Source: Limnobacter sp. | GTDB lineage: Bacteria; Pseudomonadota; Gammaproteobacteria; Burkholderiales; Burkholderiaceae_B | Assembly: GCF_036405155.1 (NCBI RefSeq) | Contig: NZ_DASWYD010000010.1 | Span: 53,118-117,117, forward strand | Length of the DNA: 64,000 nt | Reading direction: 5' to 3' | Shown here: piece after piece, positions 18,439-28,367 of the stretch | How the letters are laid out: each line of letters opens with the position of its first letter | Position numbering within the stretch: the first letter of the stretch is position 1 | The notes under the pieces: generated by a model | What the model saw: the letters and a program-made list of their open reading frames with translations, nothing else | Database searches by the model: none | What the model was told of the DNA's origin: nothing | Position numbers and translations under genes: made by a program

Positions 18439-19441
18439 AGTTGACCACCACACGTCCCTGCAATTGGTTGGCCAGCACCTGGCGTGCGCCGTCCAATGCA
18501 TTGCGCAGGCTCACTTCGCGAATCATGAAGTCCAGGTCATGCTCGCCCAATGCCTGCGCCAACAAGCCCCAGGCACGGTCCCGCTCAGCATGGCTGCGGT
18601 ACACACAGTTAATGCCACACAAGGTGATGCCTCGCAAAATGAACGGTGCCACCGTGGCGTTAAAGTCCATGCCTTGAGCCAAGCCGCAAGCCGCCACCAC
18701 ACCGCCATAGCGTGTTTGTGCGCAGGCATTCACCAGGGTGTGGCTGCCCACACTGTCCACCACCGCTGCAAACTGTTCTTTCTGCAAGGGTTTGCCGGGT
18801 CGGGACATCGACTCCCGGTGGATGAGGTGGGTGGAATTCAGGCCCAAGCGGGCAAAATGCGCTGCCGCAGACTCGGACACCGGGGCGCCTGTGGCATCAA
18901 TGGAACCGGTCAAGCCCACCACCTCGTAGCCCAGGTGGTTGAGCAACAAGGTGGCCACCGTGCCCACACCACCACTCACGCCGGTGACCAGCACAGGCCC
19001 ATCCCCGGGTTTGATGCCATGGTCTTGCAAGGCCATGACGCACAAAGCGGCTGTGTAACCTGCGGTACCCAGCGCTGCCGCCCAACGGGCACTGCGCCCC
19101 TCGGGAATGGGGGATACCCAAGCCGCCGGCACGGCCACCTTCTCGGCCAGGCCGCCCCAATGGGTTTCGCCCAGACCCCAGTCATTGACCTGGCACACCG
19201 TGCCCACCGGCCACTGCGGCGCATTCGACGCCAACACGCGTCCCACGGCGTCAATTCCATGCACCATCGGGTAGGTCCGCGCGATGGGTGCTGTGTGGGT
19301 GAGTGCCAGCGCATCCTTGTAGTTCAGGCAGCTGTAGAGCACCTCCAGCACCACCTCTTGGCCTGCCAGCTGGGCTTCATCCAGCGCCAAAAACTCCGCT
19401 TCGGTTTGTTCTTTGTTGTGAGATATCCAACCTCGGGTCAT
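18431..19441 (-). CDS. MDR-family NADPH:quinone/acrylyl-CoA reductase (YhdH/AcuI-like)
   Basis: The ATG at 19441 is preceded by AAGGAGA. VVLEVLYSCLNYKDALALT and VLVTGVSGGVG match the YhdH/AcuI subgroup. Confidence 0.8.
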   Translation of the reverse strand: MTRGWISHNKEQTEAEFLALDEAQLAGQEVVLEVLYSCLNYKDALALTHTAPIARTYPMVHGIDAVGRVLASNAPQWPVGTVCQVNDWGLGETHWGGLAEKVAVPAAWVSPIPEGRSARWAAALGTAGYTAALCVMALQDHGIKPGDGPVLVTGVSGGVGTVATLLLNHLGYEVVGLTGSIDATGAPVSESAAAHFARLGLNSTHLIHRESMSRPGKPLQKEQFAAVVDSVGSHTLVNACAQTRYGGVVAACGLAQGMDFNATVAPFILRGITLCGINCVYRSHAERDRAWGLLAQALGEHDLDFMIREVSLRNALDGARQVLANQLQGRVVVNCG

Positions 19442-19554
19442 GCCGTTTGTCTCCTTGCACAAGCACCGCAATCATCGCACAAACCCGACCCCTCATTTGC
19501 AGGCTGCAGCCGGCTTCAATACACTGGCGGTTTATCCAGACCCAACCCACTGTC

Positions 19555-20346
19555 GTGCGCAAACCCACTGCCAAAAGCCTCATCCTCGACCTCTTGCTGG
19601 CCAACCAAGGCCAACCGATTTCCGCCAAACAAGCCATTGCGGCCTGCGGCATCTTTGACATCAGCGTGAACAACACCCGGGTGGCTTTGGTGCGGCTGTC
19701 CGCCGAAGGCCTGGTGGAATCGGCCGGACGGGCCATGTACCAGTTGACCGAAGACGCACACACCCTGGCCGACGATGTGGCCACCTGGCGTACCCGATCC
19801 AAACGCATCCGGGCTTGGGACGGCACTTTTATTGTGGTACAGGCCGAGAAGCTGTCGCGCAACGAGGCCAAACAGCAACGGGCCCGCGCCCGGGCGCTGC
19901 TGATGTTGGGTTTCCAGCCCTTGAACGAGCACCTGTTCATTCGCCCCAACAACATTGAAGACAGCCTGGAAGCGGTGCGCAAGCGCTTGTACAAGCTGGG
20001 GCTTGAAAAAGACGCCCCGGTGTTTGGCGCCCAGCAGTTCGACACCGACACCGCCAAACGCATCACCAAGCTGTGGAACCCTCGGGAACTTGAACAAACC
20101 TACAGCGCTCAAACCAAAAAAATACGCACTTGGCTGGATCGTTATCAAGACCTGGAGACGGAAGAAGCCGCTCGGGAAAGCTTTTTGATGGGCGGCGCTG
20201 CCATCAAGCACGTGGTTTACGATCCATTTTTACCATCGGAGTGGTTGGACACCGCCGCGCGGGACGTCTTTTTGGCCACGGTGGACGAACTGGACCGTGT
20301 GGGCATGGGCATTTGGACGGCGCTGTGGCAAAGCCAGTCAATCTAG
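19555..20346 (+). CDS. PaaX-family transcriptional regulator
   Basis: RKPTAKSLILDLLLANQGQPISAKQAIAACGIFDISVNNTRVALVRLSAEGLVE is a PaaX-type winged helix. Start uncertain (GTG at 19555). Divergent from the reductase/EamA pair. Confidence 0.65.
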   Translation: MRKPTAKSLILDLLLANQGQPISAKQAIAACGIFDISVNNTRVALVRLSAEGLVESAGRAMYQLTEDAHTLADDVATWRTRSKRIRAWDGTFIVVQAEKLSRNEAKQQRARARALLMLGFQPLNEHLFIRPNNIEDSLEAVRKRLYKLGLEKDAPVFGAQQFDTDTAKRITKLWNPRELEQTYSAQTKKIRTWLDRYQDLETEEAARESFLMGGAAIKHVVYDPFLPSEWLDTAARDVFLATVDELDRVGMGIWTALWQSQSI

Positions 20347-20430
20347 AGTAAATGCTCATCCGAAAACTGACCGAGGGCGTATAAACTCCATCCACACCAT
20401 TTACTGCTACGCAACATCGGGCCGGGCATC

Positions 20431-21678
20431 GTGAAAAAGCTTTTTAAAACAGCACTCAAGATCAATGAAATTGCTGCCAACACCGCAACCAATGCTGCGG
20501 ACTGGCTGTTTCGTAAAGACATCCTGATCCAGTCGGGCAAAACCGAGTATCAGGTGATTGCTGAAGAATTGCCGATGCGGGTTCGCTACTACGCGCCCGA
20601 TGCACAAACGCCGCATGCCAGCCTGGTGGACGGGGAAGAGGAAACACCCCCACAACGGCAACACCCCATTCCGCTGGTGCTGGTGCCGCCACTGGGCGTG
20701 ACCACCGAAACCTTTGACCTGATGCCCGACCGCAGCCTGGTGAAGCACATGGTGCAGGCGGGTTTTCGGGTGTACCTCATTGATTGGGGCAAGCCAGAGC
20801 GCAAGCACGCACACCTGGGGCTGTACGACTACAGCCACGACATGATGGGCTCGGCCCTGCAAAGCATTCGCCAACACAGTGGCTCGCAGGAAGTGTCACT
20901 CTTTGGCTGGTGCATGGGCGGTTTACTATGCCTGCTGTATGCCGGTTACGGTGAAGACAAAGCCGTTCGCAACTTGGTGACCGTGGCCAGCCCCATCGAC
21001 CTGCGCAATGGCAAAAACATCATGAGCTACGCGTCCAACACGCTGAACGTGATTGCGCGGTTCATTCGAAAGTACAGTGAATTCCGTCTGGACAACATCA
21101 ACCCGGCCCTGTTCAGCCCACCCGGCTGGATGGTGAGTCTCGGTTTTAAGTTAACAGCCCCGGTGGCCAGCATCACCACCTATTGGGACTTGTTGACCCG
21201 CCTGTCGGACCGGGAGTTTGTGGAGCAACACACCACCACGGCCGACTACCTGAACAACATGATGCTGTACCCCGGCGGCGTGGTGCGCGACTTCATGGTT
21301 CGCTTCACCGTGGACAACAAGCTGGCCAAAGGCAACATGAAAATTGGCGAGAAGCAGACCGGGCTGTCCAACATTGAATCCAACTTCCTGGTGTTTGCCG
21401 GCGAAACCGACCACCTCGTGCCCGCCAGCATGGCCAAGCAAAGCCTGAAGTTGGTGGCTTCCAAGGACAAAACCTTCATGCTGGCGCCCGGTGGGCACAT
21501 GGGGGTTATTTTGGGCAGCAAGGCCGTGTCGCATGTGTGGCAAATTTCAGCCGAGTGGCTGCGCGCCCGTTCGCAAGTGCCGTTGGCGGCAGTGAAAACC
21601 ACTGCGGCAGCGGAGCCTGTTGCGGCCAAAGCCAAGCCCAAAAGCCGGAAGCGGGCGGAGAGCAAAAAAGCAGCTTGA
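20431..21678 (+). CDS. alpha/beta hydrolase, PHA synthase (PhaC)-like, with Lys/Ala-rich C-terminal tail
   Basis: The lipase-box variant with cysteine, FGWCMGG (G-x-C-x-G-G), is characteristic of PhaC. 415 aa. The C-terminal tail is AAVKTTAAAEPVAAKAKPKSRKRAESKKAA. GTG start. Confidence 0.65.
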   Translation: MKKLFKTALKINEIAANTATNAADWLFRKDILIQSGKTEYQVIAEELPMRVRYYAPDAQTPHASLVDGEEETPPQRQHPIPLVLVPPLGVTTETFDLMPDRSLVKHMVQAGFRVYLIDWGKPERKHAHLGLYDYSHDMMGSALQSIRQHSGSQEVSLFGWCMGGLLCLLYAGYGEDKAVRNLVTVASPIDLRNGKNIMSYASNTLNVIARFIRKYSEFRLDNINPALFSPPGWMVSLGFKLTAPVASITTYWDLLTRLSDREFVEQHTTTADYLNNMMLYPGGVVRDFMVRFTVDNKLAKGNMKIGEKQTGLSNIESNFLVFAGETDHLVPASMAKQSLKLVASKDKTFMLAPGGHMGVILGSKAVSHVWQISAEWLRARSQVPLAAVKTTAAAEPVAAKAKPKSRKRAESKKAA

Positions 21679-21690
21679 GTGTTTTGATCG

Positions 21691-21706
21691 GGCTCACGGC
21701 GTGAGC
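21691..21706 (+). terminator. hairpin GGCTCACGGCGTGAGC downstream of the PhaC-like gene
   Basis: Same sequence as the hairpin at 14768-14784. No clear U-tract. Confidence 0.35.
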
Positions 21707-21764
21707 TTGATCCGTGCCGATTCATTTGCCCCTCAGCAAGGCCGGTAGCAGGTGCCTGTTTATT

Positions 21765-22174
21765 ACCCCCCAGCAATACCGGTTGCCCGGTCCGAACGCC
21801 CCCCGAATGCAAAGGTTGTCCCGCGCCCTCGAACCGGACCGAGAACTCGCCACTGCGTGGCTCAGACATCTCGGTCCGTGTGTTCGAATGCTGTGCGGGT
21901 CAAACCAATCGGGGGGCTGAATGTTCGGCACCGGGCACACCGGCATTGCTGGGGGCATGACACCGAGTCGTTTAGCGGCCTGTGCGGTTCACCTCCCCTG
22001 CAGCGACAGTCAGGGCCATTGGCCCGAGCGTGACAAGCAGGCGCGGTGGGCACAGCCGCTAGGCTGGCCCAAAGGTCGATCCCGACTCGCTGTTTGGAGG
22101 GGCGACCTTAGCGATCGTGCGGCTCAGCGAGGGAAACACCAATGGACCGTCGCAAAGGGCGAGGTAACTGCGCT
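21765..22174. repeat. structured intergenic repeat, copy B
   Basis: About 410 bp, collinear with 14798-15225 and diverged only in a central segment of about 50 bp. The apical hairpin at 21849-21861 (GCCAC-TGC-GTGGC) differs from copy A (GCGCC-GAT-GGCGC) by two compensatory pair changes. Confidence 0.75.
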
Positions 22175-22273
22175 AGCCCCGATCTGCCACCAAAATGCTC
22201 CGTTCAACATCACACCCCAAAAAAACAAAACCCTCCACTCGGGAGGGTTCTGCACTTCAGCACTGCCAACCGA

Positions 22274-23314
22274 TTACTTCACGGCAATCGCTTTGCCATC
22301 GGCTGTTTTCATGCCTTTCCAGGAAGCTTCAATCAGCTTCACTGTGGCGTCAGGAAGAGGTACATAGTCCAGGTCTGCAGCCAGCTTGTCGCCTTTGGCG
22401 TAAGCCCAGTTGAAGAACTTCAACACTTCCGCCGCCTTGGCGCCGTCGGCCTGCACCTTGTGCATCAGGATGAAGGTGGCGCCGCTGATGGGCCAAGCGC
22501 TTTTGCCAGGCTGGTTGGTAAGAATTTCATAGAACTGTTTGCTCCAGTCAGCGCCGGCAGCAGCGGCCTTGAAGTGCTCGTCGTCGGGCTGCAGGTATAC
22601 GCCATCTTTGTTCTGCATTTGTGTGAATGTCAGCTTGTTTTGCTTGGCGTAGGCATATTCCACGTAGCCAATGGAGCCTGGCAAGCGCTGTACAAAAGCG
22701 GACACGCCTTCGTTGCCTTTGCCACCCAAGCCCACAGGCCACTTCACGGCCGTGCCTTCACCCACGCTGTCAGCCCACTCTTTGCTCACTTTGCTCAGGT
22801 AGTTGGTGAAAATGAAGGTGGTGCCCGAACCATCCGCACGACGAATCACACCAATGGCCTGGTCAGGCAGCTTCACGCCGGGGTTCAGGGCTGCAATCGC
22901 GGGGTCATCCCATTTGGTGATTTTGCCCAAATAAATGTTGGCCAATACTTCGCCATTCAGTTTCATTTGTCCGGGGGCGATGCCCGCCAGGTTGACCACA
23001 GGCACCACACCACCAATCACGGTGGGGAACTGCTGCAGGCCTTTGGCCTCCAGGTCGGCGGGCTTCAAGGGCATGTCAGACGCACCGAAATCCACGGTTT
23101 TGGCATCAATCTGCTTGATACCGCCACCAGAGCCGATGGATTGATAGTTGAGTTTGTTGCCGGTTTCCTTGCTGTAGGCATCGGCCCACTTGGAATACAC
23201 GGGGGCTGGGAACGATGCGCCAGCACCGGTGATTTCAGCGGCTTGTACAGAAGCGAAGCCCAGCGCCAATGCGCTTGCGGCTACGACTGTGGATACGGTT
23301 TTCAGGTTGAACAT
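22274..23314 (-). CDS. pstS: phosphate ABC transporter substrate-binding protein PstS
   Basis: Signal peptide [25 protein letters not shown], then [17 protein letters not shown] and the GSGGG motif, typical of PstS. Confidence 0.95.
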   Translation of the reverse strand: MFNLKTVSTVVAASALALGFASVQAAEITGAGASFPAPVYSKWADAYSKETGNKLNYQSIGSGGGIKQIDAKTVDFGASDMPLKPADLEAKGLQQFPTVIGGVVPVVNLAGIAPGQMKLNGEVLANIYLGKITKWDDPAIAALNPGVKLPDQAIGVIRRADGSGTTFIFTNYLSKVSKEWADSVGEGTAVKWPVGLGGKGNEGVSAFVQRLPGSIGYVEYAYAKQNKLTFTQMQNKDGVYLQPDDEHFKAAAAGADWSKQFYEILTNQPGKSAWPISGATFILMHKVQADGAKAAEVLKFFNWAYAKGDKLAADLDYVPLPDATVKLIEASWKGMKTADGKAIAVK

Positions 23315-23471
23315 AATGACCTCTCTCTTGAAAGTACGTTCATGATGCATTCTGAATATTTCATCTGTGTGACAAACATAATATTTTCATGAATGCAACA
23401 AAGCCACACCAGTGTGCCTGAAAAGGCATTGATGTGGCTTTGTAAATTCAGCCTTCAAAAAAACAAGAGGA

Positions 23472-24248
23472 TCAGCCAAAACGGCCTGTGATGTAGTTCT
23501 CGGTCTCTTGCTTGCGCGGCTTCAGGAAAATCTGGTCCGTCACGCCAAACTCCACCAACTCGCCCAGGTACATGTAGGCGGTGTAATCGGACACACGGGC
23601 AGCCTGCTGCATGTTGTGGGTCACAATCACGACGGTGTAGTCTTCTTTCAGCTCGGTGATCAGCTCTTCAATGCTGGCCGTGGAAATGGGGTCCAGCGCC
23701 GAGCAGGGTTCGTCCAGCAACAACACCTCGGGTTTGATGGCAATGCCGCGGGCAATGCACAAACGCTGCTGCTGGCCACCAGACAAACCGTTGCCACTTT
23801 GGTGCAGTTTGCTTTTCACTTCTTTCCACAGCGCAGCCTTGGTCAGCGCCCATTCCACGCGCTCGTCCATTTCGCCTTTGGACAGCTTTTCAAACAGGCG
23901 CACACCAAACGCAATGTTTTCGTAAATGCTCATGGGAAAGGGCGTGGGCTTTTGGAACACCATGCCGATTTTGGATCGGATCAGCGCAATGTCTTTCTTG
24001 GTGGTCAGCAGGTTTTCACCGTCCAGCAGAATTTCACCCTCGGCGCGCTGCTCGGGGTACAGCGCATACATTTTGTTGAAAATGCGCAGCAGAGTGGACT
24101 TTCCACAACCCGACGGGCCGATGAAAGCGGTCACCTTCTTTTCGGGAATTTTCAGGTTCACATTCTTGAGTGCATGAAAATCGCCGTAGTAGAAGTTCAG
24201 GTTGTTCACTTCCAGCTTGATGCGCTCAAGGGTGGGGGTGTTCATCAT
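23472..24248 (-). CDS. pstB: phosphate ABC transporter ATP-binding protein PstB
   Basis: Walker [10 protein letters not shown], signature LSGGQQQR, Walker B LLLDEP; 258 aa. Confidence 0.97.
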   Translation of the reverse strand: MMNTPTLERIKLEVNNLNFYYGDFHALKNVNLKIPEKKVTAFIGPSGCGKSTLLRIFNKMYALYPEQRAEGEILLDGENLLTTKKDIALIRSKIGMVFQKPTPFPMSIYENIAFGVRLFEKLSKGEMDERVEWALTKAALWKEVKSKLHQSGNGLSGGQQQRLCIARGIAIKPEVLLLDEPCSALDPISTASIEELITELKEDYTVVIVTHNMQQAARVSDYTAYMYLGELVEFGVTDQIFLKPRKQETENYITGRFG

Positions 24249-24269
24249 CGCAATTCGCCTAAGACAGGA

Positions 24270-25187
24270 TTATTTGGAGTTCTTCAACAAGGCCCGAGCC
24301 ACCACATTCAACGCCAGCACACCGAGGGTGATGAGGAACACACCGGCCCAAGCCAGCTGCTGCCACTCCACAAACGGGCTTAATGCAAAGTTGAAAATGG
24401 TCACCGGCAAACTGGCCATGGGCTTGCTCATGTCGGTGTTCCAAAACTGGTTCGACAAGGCCGTGAACAGCAGGGGGGCCGTTTCACCCGCAATGCGGGC
24501 GACCGACAGGAGCACACCCGTCAAAATACCGGCGTACGACGCTCGCACGGTGATCGACAGCACCATTTTCCATTTCGGCGTGCCCAAGGCATACGCTGCT
24601 TCACGCAGGGCCGCAGGCACCAGCTTCAACATGTTCTCGGTGGTGCGGATCACAATCGGAATTTGCAACAGGGCCAGGGCCACCACACCGGCCCAGGCCG
24701 AGAAATGCCCCATGCGCGAGACCAACACGGCGTACACAAACAGACCGATCACAATCGACGGTGCTGACAGCAAAATGTCGTTGATGAACCGAACCACGGA
24801 TGACAACTTGTCGTCCTTGCGGCTTTCGGCCAGGTGTATGCCAGCCAGAATGCCCAGCGGCGTGCCCAGCAGTGTGGCAAAACCCACCATCAACAAGGTG
24901 CCTGTAATGGCATTGGCCAAGCCACCGCCCGCGGTGCCGGGTGGCGGCGTCATTTCCGTGAACAGGTTCAGCGACAAACCGCCAATGCCCAGGGTGATGG
25001 TGGTGTACAAAATCCAGATCAGCCAGAACAAGCCAAAGGCCATGGCCAGCATCGACAGGGTCAGGGCGAGCAGGTTGATCATGCGACGCTTGCTCTGCAT
25101 GCGGGACTTTTGCTGGTCGCGCTTGCTGAGTTTGCTATCCGGCTCTGCGGGTTTGGCGTGTTTCATCGGGTCTACCGTGGAGGCCAT
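24270..25187 (-). CDS. pstA: phosphate ABC transporter permease PstA
   Basis: 305-aa permease with the EAA-like motif LREAAYALG, immediately downstream of pstC. Confidence 0.93.
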   Translation of the reverse strand: MASTVDPMKHAKPAEPDSKLSKRDQQKSRMQSKRRMINLLALTLSMLAMAFGLFWLIWILYTTITLGIGGLSLNLFTEMTPPPGTAGGGLANAITGTLLMVGFATLLGTPLGILAGIHLAESRKDDKLSSVVRFINDILLSAPSIVIGLFVYAVLVSRMGHFSAWAGVVALALLQIPIVIRTTENMLKLVPAALREAAYALGTPKWKMVLSITVRASYAGILTGVLLSVARIAGETAPLLFTALSNQFWNTDMSKPMASLPVTIFNFALSPFVEWQQLAWAGVFLITLGVLALNVVARALLKNSK

Positions 25188-25190
25188 GGT

Positions 25191-26141
25191 TCACCGCCCG
25201 TTGCTGGACAGGCGTGCCAGCAGAATCTTGGAGGCGACCAGCACCAGGAAAGTGATCAGGAACAAAATCAAACCCAGCTCCATGAGTGCAGACGTGTGCA
25301 AGCCAGGAGAGGCTTCGGCAAATTCATTGGCCAACGCCGAGGTGATGCTGTTGCCGGGCGAAAACAGGGAAATGTCGTTGAGGTAGTTGGTGTTGCCAAT
25401 CACAAAAGTGACGGCCATGGTTTCGCCCAAAGCACGCCCCAAGCCCAGCATCACACCACCAATCACGCCCACTTTGGTGTGGGGCAGAATAATTTTCCAG
25501 ATCACTTCCCACGTGGTGCAGCCCATGCCGTACCCAGCTTCCTTCAGCATCACCGGGGTGACTTCAAACACGTCCCGCATCACGGCCGAAATGTAGGGAA
25601 TGATCATGATGGCCAGAATAACCCCGGCACACAGCAAGCCAATGCCGATGGGCGGGCCAGCAAACAGGTTGCCAATCACCGGCACTTTGCCCAAGGTGGC
25701 GCCCAGCGGGGCTTGCACGTATTTGCCAAAAATGGGCGCAAACACCAAGAGACCCCACATGCCATACACAATCGACGGCACAGCAGCCAGCAGCTCGATG
25801 GCCGTGCCCAAAGGGCGGCGCAGCCAGGGCGGCGCCAACTCGGTCAAAAACAGCGCAATGCCAAAGCTGACCGGCACAGCGATGATGAGCGCAATCAAGG
25901 AGGTGACCAGGGTGCCATAAATGGGCACCAAGGCGCCGTAACTGTCATTGGGAGGGTCCCAATCGGCCGTCAGCATGAATTGCAGGCCAAACGCCTTGAT
26001 GGTGGGCCAACTGGCCACAAACAGCGACACGATGATTCCGCCCAACAGCAGCAACGTCAGGGCAGCCGAACCGGCTGTCAATATCCCGAACAGCGTGTCT
26101 CCACGTTTGCTGGGCGGGCGGATGGTCGATGTGTTGGACAT
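25191..26141 (-). CDS. pstC: phosphate ABC transporter permease PstC
   Basis: Permease from the internal ATG at 26141 ([15 protein letters not shown]...), with the EAA-like motif LKEAGYGMG. Confidence 0.93.
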   Translation of the reverse strand: MSNTSTIRPPSKRGDTLFGILTAGSAALTLLLLGGIIVSLFVASWPTIKAFGLQFMLTADWDPPNDSYGALVPIYGTLVTSLIALIIAVPVSFGIALFLTELAPPWLRRPLGTAIELLAAVPSIVYGMWGLLVFAPIFGKYVQAPLGATLGKVPVIGNLFAGPPIGIGLLCAGVILAIMIIPYISAVMRDVFEVTPVMLKEAGYGMGCTTWEVIWKIILPHTKVGVIGGVMLGLGRALGETMAVTFVIGNTNYLNDISLFSPGNSITSALANEFAEASPGLHTSALMELGLILFLITFLVLVASKILLARLSSNGR

Positions 26142-26201
26142 GTTGTAAACCAGAAATTTTGGGTGGATTCTGTCGCAGGTTGCCAAGCATACCCCAGCTT
26201 T

Positions 26202-26219
26202 GTGACAGAACCATGACAC
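26202..26219 (-). promoter_or_regulatory. Pho box (PhoB binding site) upstream of pstC
   Basis: The minus strand reads GTGTCAT-GGTT-CTGTCAC, two 7-nt direct repeats spaced 4 nt apart. This matches the CTGTCAT-N4-CTGTCAT consensus and lies about 60 nt upstream of the pstC ATG. Confidence 0.6.
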
Positions 26220-26258
26220 AAAAAAGACAAAAATGTAAACCGGCTTTGCCCCCGAATT

Positions 26259-28271
26259 TTAAGCCTTGTTGGGTTTCATGAATGTGATGGGAAACACCGA
26301 TGGCGGCGGACTTTGAAAAATATCCCGCCGCATTTTGCCCATGATGTGCATTTCGCAAGGCTTGCAATCAAAGCGCAGCGTGTATTTTTGGTCTCCATTG
26401 ACCAGCACCATGGGCTCGGCCTTCACCTGCCCCTGCACGCCTTTCACGCCCTTGGCCTGCTTGGGGCACAGGTTGAATGAAAACCGCAGGCAGTGCTTGG
26501 TGATCATCACCGGCACCTCGCCCGGCTCCTCATGGGCCTCGTAGGCCGCTGCAATCATGTCCACGCCATGCTCGCGATAAAACTCACGCGCCTTGTCGTT
26601 GTACACATTGGCCAAAAAGCTCAGCGACTTTTCCGGGTATTGCACAGGCGGGTCAACCGGCACCTTGCGGGCGGGTCGAACCCAGGCTGCCAGACGGGCG
26701 GCGTCCAGGCGCTCAATCGCGGTACGGCGCAGTTGATTGATGACCGACGCCTGCACAAACCAGGGCTGCGACAATTCCACCTCCAGCCCCAACGCCGTGT
26801 AGTGGGTGTTACCCAGCTTGCCCAATTGGGTGCGAAGGTTGTCGACCGCCCGCTCGGCCTGCTGCGCCAACGCCAGCTCGGCAGGCTGCTCCACCGTCAC
26901 GGTGGTGCCATCTTCATCGGTCAGCGCCAGCGTCAACCCTGTCACCGCGCCTGCGGCATCGCGCAGTTCGCCCAAGCGCATCCACAAGCCCATTCGCCGC
27001 TCGGCACTGTCTTTGGTCAAGGCCATGTCCCAGGCATGGTCCCGGTTGCGGTGCACCGGCAAACCGGTTTTTAAACCGGTGTAGGTGGCAATCGGGTCCT
27101 TCGGGAAAATGCGGTACACCGACACACCATCGCCTTGCTGGGCTTTGCCACCCCGTGAAGGCCCTGAGGCCAGCAACTCGGCCCTGTTCACCTGCACACC
27201 CACCACCTCGCGCTTGTGCATGAAGTTCAGGCCGTCGCCGTTGTTCAACGCGTCCCGGGTCTCCACATCAAAACTCTTGTCGCCCACAGCGACCACATGG
27301 CCAACCGGCAGGCCGATGTATTTTGGCGAATCGAACGCGCCAATGTCCACCTTGCGCCCACTGGCGAAATAATCGGTCGAACCCCGGTGGAAGTTGCGGT
27401 CCGGGTCGGGGCGGAAGTAATGCCGGGTTGTGCCGCTTGAGGAACGCACAAACTCGCCACGGTTTTCCATGATTTCATCGAGCAAAATGCGGTAATGGGC
27501 CGTGATGTTTTTCACATAGGCCATGTCCTTGTATCGCCCTTCAATCTTGAAGGAGCGCACACCCGCATCAATCAGGTGCTCCAGGTTGCCGCTCTGGTTG
27601 TTGTCCTTCATGGACAGCAGGTGCTTGTCGAAAGCGACCACAGCGCCGCTGGCGTCTTTCAGGGTGTAGGGCAACCGACAGGCCTGGGAACAATCACCGC
27701 GGTTGGCACTGCGACCGGTTTCTGCATGGCTGATGTAACACTGGCCTGAAAAGGCCACGCACAACGCACCATGAATAAAGTACTCAATCGTGGCTGAATC
27801 GCCCACTGCGGCGTGCACCGCGGCCACGTCGGGTATGGTGAGTTCGCGGGCCAACACCAACTGGGAAAAGCCGCTGTCGGCCAAAAACTTCGCCTTGTCC
27901 ACGGTGCGAATGTCGCACTGCGTGCTGGCGTGCAGCTGGATGGGGGGAAGGTCCATCTTCAACAACCCCATGTCCTGAATAATCAGCGCGTCCACACCGG
28001 CGTCGTACAACTGCCAAATCAGCTTGCGGGCCTCTTCCAGTTCGGCGTCGTGCAAAATGGTGTTCAGCGTGGTGAAAATCCGCACGCGGTACTGGTGTGC
28101 AAACTCCACCAGTTTGGCAATGTCGCTCACACTGTTGGACGCATTGTGCCGGGCGCCAAAAGTAGGGCCGCCGATGTACACCGCGTCTGCCCCATGCACA
28201 ATCGCTTGGCGACCAATCTCGATGTCTCGCGCAGGCGACAGCAACTCCAGCTCGTGTGGCAACAAACTCAT
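26259..28271 (-). CDS. peptidase U32 family protein (long YdcP/RlhA-like form)
   Basis: 670 aa. The N-terminus LELLSPARDIEIGRQAIVHGADAVYIGG... is typical of U32, with a C-terminal extension as in the roughly 650-aa YdcP class. Confidence 0.8.
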   Translation of the reverse strand: MSLLPHELELLSPARDIEIGRQAIVHGADAVYIGGPTFGARHNASNSVSDIAKLVEFAHQYRVRIFTTLNTILHDAELEEARKLIWQLYDAGVDALIIQDMGLLKMDLPPIQLHASTQCDIRTVDKAKFLADSGFSQLVLARELTIPDVAAVHAAVGDSATIEYFIHGALCVAFSGQCYISHAETGRSANRGDCSQACRLPYTLKDASGAVVAFDKHLLSMKDNNQSGNLEHLIDAGVRSFKIEGRYKDMAYVKNITAHYRILLDEIMENRGEFVRSSSGTTRHYFRPDPDRNFHRGSTDYFASGRKVDIGAFDSPKYIGLPVGHVVAVGDKSFDVETRDALNNGDGLNFMHKREVVGVQVNRAELLASGPSRGGKAQQGDGVSVYRIFPKDPIATYTGLKTGLPVHRNRDHAWDMALTKDSAERRMGLWMRLGELRDAAGAVTGLTLALTDEDGTTVTVEQPAELALAQQAERAVDNLRTQLGKLGNTHYTALGLEVELSQPWFVQASVINQLRRTAIERLDAARLAAWVRPARKVPVDPPVQYPEKSLSFLANVYNDKAREFYREHGVDMIAAAYEAHEEPGEVPVMITKHCLRFSFNLCPKQAKGVKGVQGQVKAEPMVLVNGDQKYTLRFDCKPCEMHIMGKMRRDIFQSPPPSVFPITFMKPNKA

Positions 28272-28367
28272 GATTTTGTGAAGAATTTTCAGGAAGGGTG
28301 CCCATTATTCCAAAAACAGGCCCCCAGGGAAAGCAAAACCGTTGAACGCCGCTTCAAAGCACTCGAC

